A DNA stretch of 64,000 nt. Origin: Octopus vulgaris. Taxonomy: Eukaryota. Below the pieces are notes generated by a model that saw only the letters and a list, made by a program, of their open reading frames with translations, did no database searches and was not told the origin of the DNA. Location: contig OX597821.1 of assembly GCA_951406725.2 (NCBI GenBank), positions 1,922,001 to 1,986,000 on the forward strand, written 5' to 3'. The position numbers were made by a program, and so were the translations under genes. This document shows positions 14,231 through 26,617 of the stretch, piece after piece (position 1 is the stretch's first letter; every line of letters begins with the position of its first letter).

Positions 14231-14675
14231 GGAGTCGCAATGGCCCAGTGGTTAGGGAGGTGGACTCGCGGTCGTAAGAACGCGGTTTTGATTCCCTGAC
14301 CGGGCATTGTGAGTGTTTATCCACGACGCTCCGTCGCTGAGGAGTGAACACCGCTGTGTACTCTTTCACCACAATTTTCTCTGTTCCTACTTCTGCCACA
14401 AAGCAGAGGAACCATGGTGCAAACCACTATGGTGTGGTAAACTTTCAGACCCGAGTCTAGTTTGCGAATTCTCTTTATTCCAGGATGGCTCAGCTCTCCG
14501 CCCGTTAAAAGCCACCGTTTACGGAATGAGGATAACAAAGTAGTTTTCGCGCCCGTACAACCGCCAGTCTATCGCGTGTGATGCGTGGATCTTCAAGTTG
14601 CCACACGCTTTCTTAGTAGCTTAGAGGAGGCTCGAATTAGCGATTATTCCTTATGGCTAGGCGGGAGTCCTGAGT
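14231..14675 (+). mobile_element. tRNA-derived SINE (distinct family)
   Basis: A-box TGGCCCAGTGGTTAG and B-box-like GGTTTTGATTCC, followed by a non-tRNA body ending at a (GAA)n tract. Confidence 0.65.
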
Positions 14676-14774
14676 GGAAGAAGAAGAAGAAGAAGAAGAA
14701 GAAGAACAACAACAACAGCAACAACAAGAACAACAACAACAGCAACCACTAGTAATCACGATAATGATTAATAA

Positions 14775-15180
14775 TTCTAGTGTGGGGCGTCCGTCCTTAC
14801 GTTCAGAATCCAAACTGAGCCGAGGGCAATATTCTCTTTTATCCTTTTCGGTGTCGATAAAATGAATAGCGCTTGAGTTCGATGTAATTGACTTAGCTGC
14901 ACCTCCCCATATATTTTTGGCCTTGCTCGAAACTAATATTTCTAACATAGGCTCCAGGTTAAAAACAAAGTAGAGGAAAAGGTTAACAACAAACAAAACA
15001 GCAGGAACAGCGAAAGCAAAGACAATAATAATGTTTTCAAATTTTGAAACGAGGTCAGCAAATACGGTGAAGGGGGAAATTTAATTAGATCGACCCCATT
15101 GTACCATTGGTACATATTTTATCGACCGCGATAGGATAAATGGCGCGGTCCATCTCGGCGGAAATTGAACTCAGTATGTA
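14775..15180. mobile_element. Two diverged SINE-B fragments in opposite orientation (14775-14935 +, 15030-15180 -)
   Basis: The family B core motif is present on both strands. Confidence 0.6.
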
Positions 15181-15212
15181 ATATGAAGGCAATTCAACCT
15201 CAATCCAGCAAT

Positions 15213-15812
15213 AAATACCTGGGAATACTTGAAGCAGATGGAATCAAAGCCCATAACTTGACGGAAAAGACAAAATGAGTGTACCTGCGGCGAGTGAGAA
15301 AATTATTGGTTTCAAAGGTGAATGCCTGAAGCATAAGTCCAGCAATAAACTGTCACGCAGTCGCAGTAGTTCGGTGTGGGGCTGGGATCCTGAAGTGGAC
15401 AGAGAAGCAGCTGAAGGAGATGAACCGGAAGTTAAAAAAGCTTCTAACGATGCATTGAGCCCAGCATATATTGCAGACACTGATCACCTATACATGAAGA
15501 GGGCAAATGGAGGAAGGGGAATGATAAGTGTGGAATACTGCCTTCATATTGAGCATAAGAGCTTAATGAGATAGCTAGGCCAAAGTAAGGAAATTTTGCT
15601 AGTGGCAGTTAGGAACGAGGGATTATTAAAAGCAGAAAATAAAGGAAAAACAAAGGAAGAAATAAAAAAGGAGAATTATAAAAGAAAAATTACGCAACAC
15701 AGGACTACGCGATCAATTCCATGCAACCACAACAGAAGTTGTTGGAAAACATAGGTAGGATTGACTAATGAAAAGTACACTGAAAATGGAGACAGATAGC
15801 TCTATACTAGGA
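15213..15812 (+). pseudogene. Non-LTR retrotransposon RT C-terminal fragment (R4/Dong-like), frameshifted
   Basis: Translates across frames to KYLGILEADGI...YLRRVRKLL...WTEKQLKEMNRKLKKLLTMH...DTDHLYMKRANGGRGMISVE, typical of RLE-type non-LTR elements. The clade assignment is from recalled motifs. Confidence 0.8.
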
Positions 15813-15814
15813 GA

Positions 15815-17130
15815 AAATCTTTTGGCAAAAATTAAAATAAAAACTTTTCAAAATATTTTGAGGAAAATTTCAAAAAACTTTTAAAAAGATTTTCACGAAA
15901 ATTTTGAAAAAAATTTCAAAAGATTTCGTCAAAAATGTTTTCAAAATTTTCGTGAAATTTCATAATTTACGTCAAAAGTTTCTGAAAAATTCTTTCAAAA
16001 TTTTCGTGAAACTATTTTGAAAAGTTTTTCGGAATTTTCGTGAAAATATTTTGAAAAGTTTTTCGAAATTTTCGTGAAACTATTTTGAAAAGTTTTTCGA
16101 AATTTTCGTGAAAATCTTTAGGGAAATTTTCCAAAACTTTCGTGGAAATATTTTGAAAAGTTTTTCAAAATTATTGTAAAAAAATTATGAAAAATATTTT
16201 CAAAAATTTGTGAAAAATTTTTTCAAAATTTTCGTGAATACCTTTTCAAAACTTTTTTGAAATTTTCGTGAAATTCTTTTGGAAAGTTTTTCAAAGTTTT
16301 CGTAAAAAATCATTGAAAATGAAAAAAAAAAATTTCGTGAAATTCTTTTGAAACGTTTTTCTGTAATTTTGTCAAAAATTTCGTGAAATTCTTTAAAAAA
16401 TTTTTCCGAAATTTCGCAAAAAGTCTTTCAAAAATGTTTTCAGAATTTTCGTGAAAATCTTTTGAAAATTTTTTTGAAATTTTCGTCAAAAGTTTTTTCA
16501 AAATTTTGAAACTATTTTCGTGGAAATCTTTTGAAAATTCTTTGAAATTTTCGTCAAAAATCGTTGAAAAATTATTTCAAAATTTTCGTCAAAATCTTTT
16601 GAAAGGTTTTTTGAAATTTTCGTCAAAAATCTTTGAAAAATTAAAAAAATATTTTCGTGAAAATCTTTTGAATATTTTTTGAAATTTTCGTCAAAAAGCG
16701 TTGAAAAATTATTTCAAACTTTTCGTCAAAATCTTTTGAAACGTTTTTTGAAATTTTCGTCAAAAATCTTTGAAAAATTTTTTAAATATTTTCGTGAAAA
16801 TCTTTTGAAAAGTTTTTTGAAATTTTCGTCAAAAATCGTTGAAAGATTATTTCATAATTTTCGTCAAAATCTTTTGAAACGTTTTTTGAAATTTTCGTCA
16901 AAAGTCTTTGAAAAATTATTTCAAAATCTTAGTGAAATCTTTTGGTCAAGATTTTTTTCAAATATTTTTTCATGAAAATCTTCTGAAAAGTTTTTTTGAA
17001 ATTGTCGATAAAAATCTCTGAAAACTTTCGTGAAATTGTTTTGAAAATTTTTAAAAAATTTTCGGCAAAAATTTTTGAAAAATTTGTTGAAAATATCTAT
17101 GAAAATCTTTTGATAATTTAAAAAAATCTG
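15815..17130. repeat. A/T-tract satellite, about 34-35-bp monomer with a 69-bp dimer
   Basis: Recurrent AAATTTTCGT(G/C)AAAATCTTTTGAAA. ORF 16679 repeats every 23 aa (69 bp). Confidence 0.92.
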
Positions 17131-17249
17131 CAAATTAGAATGGGCAGATGCGTTGTCCTTTAAAAGGGCTACTGATTGATCACGATACTGTTTCATATTC
17201 CCACCTAAAAGGCGTATGTAGTATACAGGAGGTATTCATATATTAAGTA

Positions 17250-18272
17250 TTATTTGGTTCGAAAATAATGGCCTCTCTAACTGTTGTGTTTTGAAGCGTA
17301 ATTTTATCATAGTATCTTAATTATATTTTAGGTGAATTTTTACATAATACTTCATGTATGCTTTTTAATAATTTTCTGCTTATTTCAGACAGAAAATATT
17401 CTTGAAGCAAGGCGCCCTTAATTGTAAACATGACCACAACGGAACTTCGCTTATTTTTCTTGTATGAGTTCAAATTTGGACAAAATGTCTCCCAAACTGC
17501 TGCCAGAGAATGGGGAGAGGAGTCCACAAGTCATCGCACAGTACGAAGATGGTTTTAGAAATTCCGTAGTGGTGATGAAAGCCTCGAAGATCATGAAAGT
17601 GAACGACAGTCATGCAGTCTTGACAATAAACAATTGAAAGCAATTGTTGAACAAAACCCACGTCAAAGTGTCAGAGAAATGTTTCAGGTATTTGGTATCG
17701 GTATTGCAACCGTCTCTCGGAATCAGCAGAATTTGGTAAGTTGAAAAAGCTCAATAAATGTGTACCGATTTATAGTGAGCTCGATGTTCTTTCTGTGAAA
17801 CACAAATGATCTTTTTCTTGATCAAAAAGTCACTTGTGAGGAAAAGTGGATGCTTTATGATAACAAACAATCAATCAAATCAATCGCTTGATCAATGACT
17901 TCATCGTGATGAGTTCCCCAAGCATTTCCCAAAGCCAAAGTTGCATCAGCAAAAAAATATGGTGACCGTCTGGTGGTCTGCAATTGGTGTTGCCCATTAC
18001 AGCTTTCTGGAAATCAACCAGGACATTAGAGCAGAGGTTAACTGCAATCAACTCGCTGAAATGCATGCTCACTTGCAAAAAATGAGACCTGCATTGGTGA
18101 ATCGGCGTGGCCCAATTTTGCTTCACGATAATGCAAGAATGACGTCGCAGAAACTCACAGACTTGGGATACGAGGCTTTACCACGTTCTCCAATCAAAAT
18201 ATTTTTACTGTTAATTTTTCCAGAATAAAATTATATTTCTGAAATCGGCCATTAATTTAAAAACAGCCTGCA
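17250..18272 (+). mobile_element. Mariner transposon remnant (degenerate transposase from about 17430)
   Basis: MTTTELRLFFLYEFKFG...VTCEEKWMLYDN...PKLHQQKNMVTVWWS...ILLHDNAR; multiple frameshifts and weak terminal inverted repeats. Confidence 0.9.
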
Positions 18273-18304
18273 AAATTCCTGAGTCGTAACAGATATTTTG
18301 TCTT

Positions 18305-19260
18305 TTTGTCAAGTAAACACGCGCTCTATATACCCACCCTTCACTTTAGCTTTATAATAGTTCTTATTTTAGTCTCTTTTGTCACACGCCATGTGACCTC
18401 TTCAAAAACTCTCCATTCCACGTATCTTGTTCTGTCCTATTTAGTCCATTCTGTCTTTCTGTAGTGTGTATCGTTATCTGCTCATGCGTTTGCACCTCAA
18501 CATGTGTATTTGAAGCCGGCGAGCTGGCCTTTCATCCTCTCGGGGTCAATAAATTAAGTATCAGTTGCGTACTGGGGTCGATCACATCGACTGGCATTCT
18601 CCCCCAAAGTTTCGGGCCTTGTGCATAAAGTAGAAATCAATATATGTGTGTCTGAAGCCGGCGAGTTGGCAGAAACGTTAGCACGCCGGGCGAAATGCTT
18701 AGCGGTATTCCGTCTGCTTTTACGTTCTGAGTTCAAATTCCACCGAGGTCGACAGTGCCTTTTATCCCTTCGGGGTGGATAAATGAAGTACCAGTTGCGT
18801 ACTGGGGCAGATCCATTCGATTTGTCCAGTCCCCTAAAATTTGGGGCCTTGTGCCTTGAGTAGAGAAGAATATGTAAGTGTTTATGCGTGTGCGTGTATG
18901 TGTGTCTGTGCGCGTGTGCACGTATGCTTGCGTGACTCTGTGTTTCCTGTGTGCGTATTTTGTGTGTGTTATATGGTTTCTACACACAAAACACACATAC
19001 AACATACACAGTCCTGCACCAACACACGTACACACGCACGCACACATACACTCACAAATACAGACACACATACTTGATCAGATAAGGATGCATAGAAACA
19101 GAATGCACTACATTGGGCTGGATGGGACATGTGAAAGGGAGAGCCACTGAAGAGGTCATAAGAAGTGTGACGAATTTTCCAGAAAAAAAGACGTGAAATA
19201 AGAACAGTTATAAAGCTGAAGTGAATGGCGGGTATATAGTGCATGAGTTTATTTGGCAGA
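18305..19260. repeat. Diverged inverted repeat pair (about 18305-18405 / 19150-19260) enclosing two SINEs
   Basis: CTATATACCCACCCTTCACTTTAGCTTTATAATAGTTCTTATTT versus the reverse-complement arm CTATATACCCGCCATTCACTTCAGCTTTATAACTGTTCTTATTT. Confidence 0.7.
18515..18870 (+). mobile_element. Two tandem SINE family B copies (first internally deleted)
   Basis: TGAAGCCGGCGAG(C/T)TGGC starts both copies (about 18511 and 18653), and both end in AGTAGA. Confidence 0.88.
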
Positions 19261-19553
19261 AATTTAAAAAACCCCATCCCGAAATACATCAATATTTATA
19301 TATCAATTATTCTTTCCCCATTCTTGAAGACAATCTGCAATGACATGTTCGACTCAATTTGAATCTGGTAAAGTCCAAAATTATCTTGCGTGATACCACA
19401 TTGCATCCATGTATGTATAAAAGGCTTTAGTTTGCTACTGTTTCTCTGTTGCCGCTACTTTTGTCCACGAGCCTTCATAAAAATCTCCTAATTCCTCTTT
19501 CTATCCGATATATGATTGTTTCGTTAATGAGTGTTGAGTGTTTGTCGTCGACA

Positions 19554-19610
<57 letters not shown>

Positions 19611-20704
19611 GATATATACGTGTCTGTGTGTGTGTCTACATATACATTTACATTTGTGAATCTATGAGTTCATTTTTGTATATATGCATGTACACCAACA
19701 CATATATACGTATACAAATACATACACACTTATATGCATACACAAACATATACACACACATATACATACATATAAGAAATTATTTTACTCCTCTCTGTCT
19801 CTGTTGAGAATCTGATGATTCCAGAGCAGAAAGGCGCCATTTAATAATTGCTGAAGAAGGCGCCTATTTAATGTTGCATCATTTATCTCTGAATCAAAAT
19901 AATTCTTATTGTTCTCTTGGCGTATTTCTTTCCGATTTCCTCATTGATATTTTTACTTGTTATCATTTCTTCCTTTTGTAAATTCATTAGATTCTTGGTA
20001 GATGTACTTTTATAAAACTTCTTCATTTATAAAAAACACATCCAAAAACAAAGTACTCATTCGGCAAATGCATACACACACACATTGGTATGTATATGTT
20101 TGCATCAAACACATAATAGTGTCTCGGAAGTAAATAACATCTAAACAAAAAGCTTTCTATCACTCAGTGAAAAATCTATTTAATACAAAGCATTGTTTGA
20201 TATCTTTACACTAATACACAAAAGAAGTCGCTTTACCTCTTCATTCTTCAAATATAAGCAATTTTAAAAGTATGTTAGTACTAATAATTTAAAAAAAAAC
20301 TGAGTATCGAACACCAGCTTTATTGAACATAACCTTCTTTACATCAACTGTAGTGATTACTAATAATCACATCAGATGGGATCTTTTCTTCTCAAAACAT
20401 ATCTGTCTATTACAAGATTTTACAGCTCTGCACAAAAAATCAGTATTGTCAAATTCTTGCTTACAGTTCCATTGTTATTTATAGCAGAATTTCCTATTAT
20501 CGTCTAAGACTAACTCCGAGGTAAAACATTTTCCTTATGCAGATTGTTACCTTATATGCAAAGATAATGCAGTTTCAATTTAAAGGTAACCGCATACATT
20601 GTATATATGTGATTTATACACACGGTAAAGATTAATAAACATTACCCATTCGTGAAGAGAAATGTTACATGTTTAGCACATGTCACTTATATAAATAAGT
20701 TATG

Positions 20705-21568
20705 TACGTGGTCTGATCAATAAGTATCCGGACTGTTGCCATAATAACGAAGCTAAAGCATGCAGAGTGAAGCCGCTTGGCACAGATTGACATTGCACTC
20801 TGCTGTGCATGCACTCGTAGATTTAACTTTCTAGCTCACTTCCATTGTTTACAGCAGTGCTTGGAAGGAATCTGTTTAGCGTGTGTTCGTCGCATTGACC
20901 AAGACAGAGAAAGTTAAATCTCCATCAAATTTTGCCAAACGCTTGGCGAGATACCTGCTAGAGGCCTACGTAAAATTTTGAAAAGTTTCCATCGTTCACG
21001 ACACAATTAGAGGGATCTTGTGCAACTGAAACCCGACTGTCTCTTTTGGTCAGCTAAAAGGGGTTTTTGTACAAACTTGGCAGACACACGTCTCATACCT
21101 AAATCTTCAGTGATAATGGACTGAACTGAACCATAACTAATCTGCACATACTCTGATAACTCTCGGATGCTGATTCTACGATTTCCCCTCAGAGCTGTAC
21201 GCACATCCAAGAGGGTTTTCTCATTTCTGCTGATTGCGCGTATCCCAGAACGTTCGTCACTATCTACATATATACGGCCATCTTGGAAACGTCTGAAGCA
21301 GTCTTACACTTGTATACAGTTCATACACTCCTCTCCATACACTTTCTGCAACTTTGTGTAGTCCTCTCTCTTGGCCAATGCGACGATCACACAATACACA
21401 CGATATTTCTGAGCACTGTTGTAAACAGCAGAAGTGAGTTAGAACGTTAAAACGTAATGCGCATGTACAGTGGAGATCAAGGTCAATTTGCATCAAACGG
21501 TTTCAATCTGTGTGGTTTAGTGTTGTTACTATACCAACAGTTCAGATACTTATTGATCAGACCTCGTA
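20705..21568. mobile_element. Non-autonomous mariner built from two facing 5' ends
   Basis: 34-bp terminal inverted repeats including flanking TA: TACG(T/A)GGTCTGATCAATAAGTATC(C/T)G(G/A)ACTGTTG. Minus-strand HTH fragment NRRISIRELSEYVQISYGSVQSIITEDLGMRRVSAKFV. Confidence 0.9.
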
Positions 21569-21774
21569 TTTTCACCAAATGTCTGAAACCAGTAAAATTT
21601 CTACGGATTGTTGACTATGTGTGCGTTGCGAATACTATTGTTGATATGTCACACTACTTCTTTTTCATATCGTTTGAATAATCAGCAACAAGAAATGAAA
21701 CTCATGCTTCTAAGAATACAAACACGGAAATTCATACTTAGTAAAGTCCCCCTTTTGTCATGAATGTCCATGGG

Positions 21775-21922
21775 ATAGTACTTAGAATGTTCCCCTTCAA
21801 TGTACAAGTCCTGGCAACGTTGTTTATGGAATACCTTTAGTCACCTATACATACCAGCCAACCTATCCACGCTACCGATGTTATCCAAGTGAAAAGCAAT
21901 GACCGATACAGCTTGGCACCTG
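21775..21922 (-). mobile_element. Fragment of the SINE family seen at 24859
   Basis: GATACAGCTTGGCACCTG is the reverse complement of CAGGTGCCAAGCTGTATC at about 25016. Confidence 0.65.
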
Positions 21923-21954
21923 CTGTATGCAGGTAATACCTACCTCCCAACAAT

Positions 21955-22600
21955 GTCGAATGTTAATGGAATTCCACACTGGAGATCCAGGAATTTCTAG
22001 GATGAACTCACTTATGAGGAGTTATGTTTACTGGCCAAAAAATGGATCTAGATATTAAGAAGTTGGTAAAATCGTGCAGAGGTTGTGTTCTTTTCACCTT
22101 GGCCCAAGACCGATCTTCTATGGTCCAGATTTCACATAGACTTTGCAGACCCTTTAAACCGATCATATTTTCTAATAGTGGTAGATAACTTAACTAAGTG
22201 GCCAGGAATTCGTAAATGTAGAAAACTGACATCCACGGAATCGGTGGAATTTCTACACGAACTTTTTTGCTTGGTATGGTGCCCCGGATACCATAGTCAC
22301 CGATAACAGTAAAATAGATCACGGCGAATGAATTTAAGAATTTTTGCAAGATTTACTCAATTGAACATATTACTACTCCTCTGTGTCACTTAGATCAATC
22401 AGAGAAGCGAAAAGTTTCGTGGATATATTCAAAAGAGCGGTAATGAAATTAAGAGACTAGTGAGTCGATGACGCAGCATTGCTTGTAAAAGGGTGTATAA
22501 GGTAACACTAATCCCAAACACTTTTTCAGGGAAGTCGCCAGCGGAACTAATGTTCTCTCGAAAAATAGTCAATATTTGACAAACTGCAACCAGTAAGAAA
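21955..22600 (+). pseudogene. Ty3/Gypsy LTR retrotransposon integrase remnant
   Basis: HTGDPGISRMNSLMRSYVYWP...VKSCRGC (zinc-finger region), WSRFHIDFADP..YFLIVVD, PDTIVTDN and SPAELMF; disrupted by frameshifts and stops. Confidence 0.88.
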
Positions 22601-23549
22601 AAGAAATAGGGAAAACACTAAATATACGACAAAGTATTTTCATTTCACGAGCTTAGTTGAAGGAAAAAAGAGGAGAAAGAACAGGAGAGAGAAAAAGAGG
22701 ATGGGGGAAAAGCAAAACAGAAAGAGGGAGAAATAAAAGAGGAAGAGAGAAAAGACAGAGAGAAAAGAGAGAGAGAGAGAGAAAAAAGAGTGGAGAGAAG
22801 CTTCCATGACGTGAGGTAGTGGGAAGTCAGTTGAAGGTAGTGATGGTAAAGAGCAGGTGAGTTAAAAATATAATTTTAGCAGAGTGGTAACGTTCTGATG
22901 GTGACGTAAAAGAAAGGCAGAGGGAGAAAGAGAGAGAGAGAAAGAGAAAGAAAGAAAGAGACGAGAGAGATTGCAGAGAGAAAGGGGGAAATAGAGATGA
23001 TGATGAGGGTAGTGGTGGAGGTGACGTTGACGATTGGATAGTAAAAGTATCTTTTAAATATTTTTTTATATCACCTATCACTTAACGCATGCGCATAACA
23101 GCTGTTCCCTGAAATATTCACGCTTCTTTACGTGGCAAATATATGTAATTTAACAAAAGATTGTATCATATGTACAGGATAATTTATTTATTTATGGGAA
23201 ATATTGAAAAATAAGAGTGAATACTTATTTTCTGAGTGGTGTGTATTAAGTCTATAAAATTATGCATTAAGTATATAAAGTGTATATACAAAACGCATTA
23301 AGCAATCAACATATTGCGATTTCTTTTACTTTTCAATGAGAAACAGACTATCCTTCCATAATGAGAAAGCGACTGTCCTTCCATAATGACACAACACATG
23401 TCACGCTTTCAGGTATTTTGGTTAAAATTTTCGCAGCCAACTCAATAAGTTCACCATTAATCCCATGGAATATTTACACGTCCCGCTTGTAAATATGAAT
23501 ATAAATTTAAATATGAATATAGATAAGTCCTCGGATCAATATCTCCGAC

Positions 23550-23620
23550 TAAAGGTGGTGCTCCAGCATGGCCGCAGTGAAATGACTGAAACCAGTAAAA
23601 GAGTAAAAGAATAAAAGAAG
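23550..23620 (+). mobile_element. Isolated SINE-A/LINE 3' tail
   Basis: GGTGGTGCTCCAGCATGGCCGCAGTGAAATGACTGAAACCAGTAAAAGAG. Confidence 0.8.
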
Positions 23621-23627
23621 ATATATA

Positions 23628-24019
23628 TATATAAGAATTTTTTGCGTAATAAGATAAAAATCCAAGGCTGTATATATATTAGAGCATTTATAGATAGAAG
23701 GTCTTACAGCTGTTTCTAGGATATCTATTAATAATATCCCTTCATCTGATATCCCTTCTTTTCACACCGTCTTCGATGAAGGGGTATTATTAATAAATAT
23801 CCTAGAAACAGCTGTAAGACCTACTATCTATAAATACTCTAATATCTAAACAGCCTTGGTTTTTTACCTTATTACGCAAAAAATTCTTATATACAGAGGC
23901 TGACATAGAATCAATGTTGAACCCTTTATTCGCAATATTACTGGAACTTAATTATGGTCTGTCTATAGCACTTATTCAGCATTGCCTGACACCTTTGCGT
24001 CTCAATGGCACCACTATCT

Positions 24020-24022
<3 letters not shown>
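23628..24022. mobile_element. Foldback element with hammerhead-like motif (Penelope-like derivative)
   Basis: 119-bp inverted arms at 23628-23746 and 23775-23893, flanked by (TA)n. Confidence 0.7.
23769..23820 (+). ncRNA. Minimal type-I hammerhead-like motif (variant core UCGAUGA)
   Basis: GUCU-UCGAUGA-a-GGGGUAUU...AAUAUCCU-a-GAAA-CAGCUG-UA-AGAC: stems I and II pair and stem III is palindromic. Confidence 0.6.
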
Positions 24023-24066
<44 letters not shown>

Positions 24067-24074
24067 CTATATAC

Positions 24075-24380
24075 ATAATAATAAATATTAGAGAATAAAT
24101 CCAAATTTACAGGGAAAAATCAGATTTAGGATTGAATCCAATTTTATAGTAAAATATTATATAATATTAATTAGAGACAAAACCACTATTTTGCAAATCA
24201 AACAAAGAAAGACTTAATCCAATACATAAAAAAAATTTAATATAAATTAAATAAAATTAAATTCGCCACTACAATTGTTTCCTGTCTCTTCTAAGGACAT
24301 TCATCAGGTGGATTTCAGATCTTCTATTCAATTTTTTTTGATTTGCAAAATAGTGGTTTTGTCTCTAATTAATATTATAT
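24075..24380 (-). mobile_element. Short hammerhead-bearing element with a 44-bp perfect inverted repeat
   Basis: Arms at 24159-24202 and 24337-24380 enclose the hammerhead; (TA)n lies on both sides. Confidence 0.7.
24266..24311 (-). ncRNA. Minimal type-I hammerhead ribozyme, intact core
   Basis: Minus strand reads CCAC-CUGAUGA-a-UGUC(cuuagaaga)GACA-g-GAAA-CAAUUG-UA-GUGG; GUA cleavage triplet. Confidence 0.8.
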
Positions 24381-24426
24381 CTATATACATATATATATAT
24401 ATGTGTGTGTGAGTGTGTATATGTGT

Positions 24427-24465
<39 letters not shown>

Positions 24466-24858
24466 TAAGTGTATGCTGTGAATCTCACTAGGCAATTTTC
24501 ATAATGTTCGATGATCTTAGTTTTCTACGATCGCTAACTTTTCTGTGACAAAAAATTCGGTGCGTTGAAGCACTAAATTCACCGCAAGCATGCTACTATT
24601 GACAGGATAAGAACAAAATTCCATCACTAATCAAGAAAGAATACCGTGTAGATGAGGTTAATGTTATCAAAGAAAAATAAAGAGAAAGAAATACGGTGTC
24701 AAGTTAAATAGGGTTACAACAGCACGAAGGAAATATAAATTTTAGAAGGTGAATGGTACATTCTATATCAATATAAAAACATTGAGGCTGTAGTAGTAGT
24801 GGTAGTAGTGGATGTGGTAATGGTAGTATGAGTAGCAGTAGTTTTGGTTGTAGGTGAA

Positions 24859-25200
24859 GGCGCATGGTTCAGTGATTAGAGCGTCGAGCTTACGATCATG
24901 AGGCCGTGAGTTCGATTCCCGGACCGGGCTGCGTGTTGGGTTCTTCAGCAAGACACTTTATTTCACGTTACTCCAGTTAACTCAGCTGCAGCTGTAGAAA
25001 TGAGTTGCGACGTCACAGGTGCCAAGCTGTATCGGCCCCTTTGCCTTTCCCTTGGATAACATTGTTGGCATTGAGACTGGGAGGCTGGTATGCATGGGCG
25101 ACTGCTGGTCTTCCATAAACAACCTTGCTCGGACTTGTACCTCGGAAGGTAACTTTCTATATTTAATCCCATGGTTATAATTGACCGAAGGGTTTCCCCA
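24859..25200 (+). mobile_element. tRNA-derived SINE (Arg-ACG-like head)
   Basis: GGCGCATGGTTCAGTGATTAGAGCG...CTTACGAT...GAGTTCGATTCCCGG followed by a non-tRNA body. Confidence 0.8.
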
Positions 25201-25961
25201 ATTTGGTTGTAGATGTGATGTTCCTTTTTCTCCCTTGTTGATTATGTTTGAGCACCGGAAGGCCTTGATAGAGAAGACTTGAGGCGCACCCATGGCAATC
25301 CCATCTGTCAGTGTGTGCTTTATGCTACATGACCCCCCTAAGAACTGAAATTACCTTCATTTCAAGACTATACGAGTTGATTTTAAAGAAAATTTATTTA
25401 TGTCTAAATAGGAAACGCAACGTCACAAATGCTCCAGTATGTGCGTCATATTTATTATTATTTTGGAATTGGATATTTTTTAATAAATAGATATGATTAA
25501 AGGTGTTGCTACAGTGACCTTCCCATTTTTCTTCTTTTTACTGTTTGAATGTCTGTGCCTAATATTATACTGCCTATGTTTCTTTCAATGCGACAATAAA
25601 GTGTCCTTTGAGAGCAAAATATTTCCCCCATCTACGAGAGAAGATAACACTGTATTGACTCGCATGGTGTACAATGATGTGTGTAGCTGAAAGGATATAT
25701 GACAAATGGAAATGTAGGCTTTCGCTTATTGTTCTTGATCAAGTTTTTCTACACCAGACACATTTATGTTGTCACGAAATCATGAATGCTATGAATGTCC
25801 TCTAATTAATTGGTGTCAATATTCAATAAGGAATATCATACGCAATAAACAATAGAATGCTGAAAAAATTGTATCCATTCAGACACATTTGTCCATGGAT
25901 ACGTATCTTACATATATGTTTTCACACCATATATTTATACATATATAGACAAACAAATAAT

Positions 25962-25996
<35 letters not shown>

Positions 25997-26300
25997 CCGA
26001 CAGATAGATAAAAAGACAGATACATAGATAGGCCGAAAGATAGAGAGGCAGTTAGGAATATATGTGCATTCATACATCAGTAGCTTTTCGTGCTGGAATG
26101 CATGCCATTCATAACGCGTGCACACGTATAAGAGTATCTGTAAGATATAGAAATGAATGCAGGTAAGATATTATAATCTAATATAGTTCTTCGATGTTTA
26201 TTAAGGAACAATGCAGGAGATAAATAGGTGTTATATCCATCTTGATTCCTGCACATGGGTTTCATTTTGAAAATTGGTTGTACTGACTTCGGCAATGGGA

Positions 26301-26338
<38 letters not shown>

Positions 26339-26497
26339 TTATATATATAAAATTTATGATAGAAGGGTAAAATTAATTAATTAATTAATCAATTAATTAG
26401 CAATTTTACCAAGTAGATCGGTACGTTAAAATAACCTTTACAGGTAAAAGTATCCACATAATTATAATTAGGTTGCAGCTAACACTATATATATATA

Positions 26498-26617
<120 letters not shown>

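Noticed and set aside
15815-17130. CRISPR-like periodic array
   Set aside because: There are no unique spacers, the units are contiguous and degenerate, the context is eukaryotic and there are no cas genes.
19806-19870. CTGATGA...GAAA-GGCGCC as a hammerhead
   Set aside because: Stem II does not pair and no U follows the palindrome to give the UH site.
24859-24932. tRNA gene (also 14231, 35366 and 37970)
   Set aside because: The cloverleaf is imperfect or partial and the sequence continues into a repeat body, so these are SINE heads.
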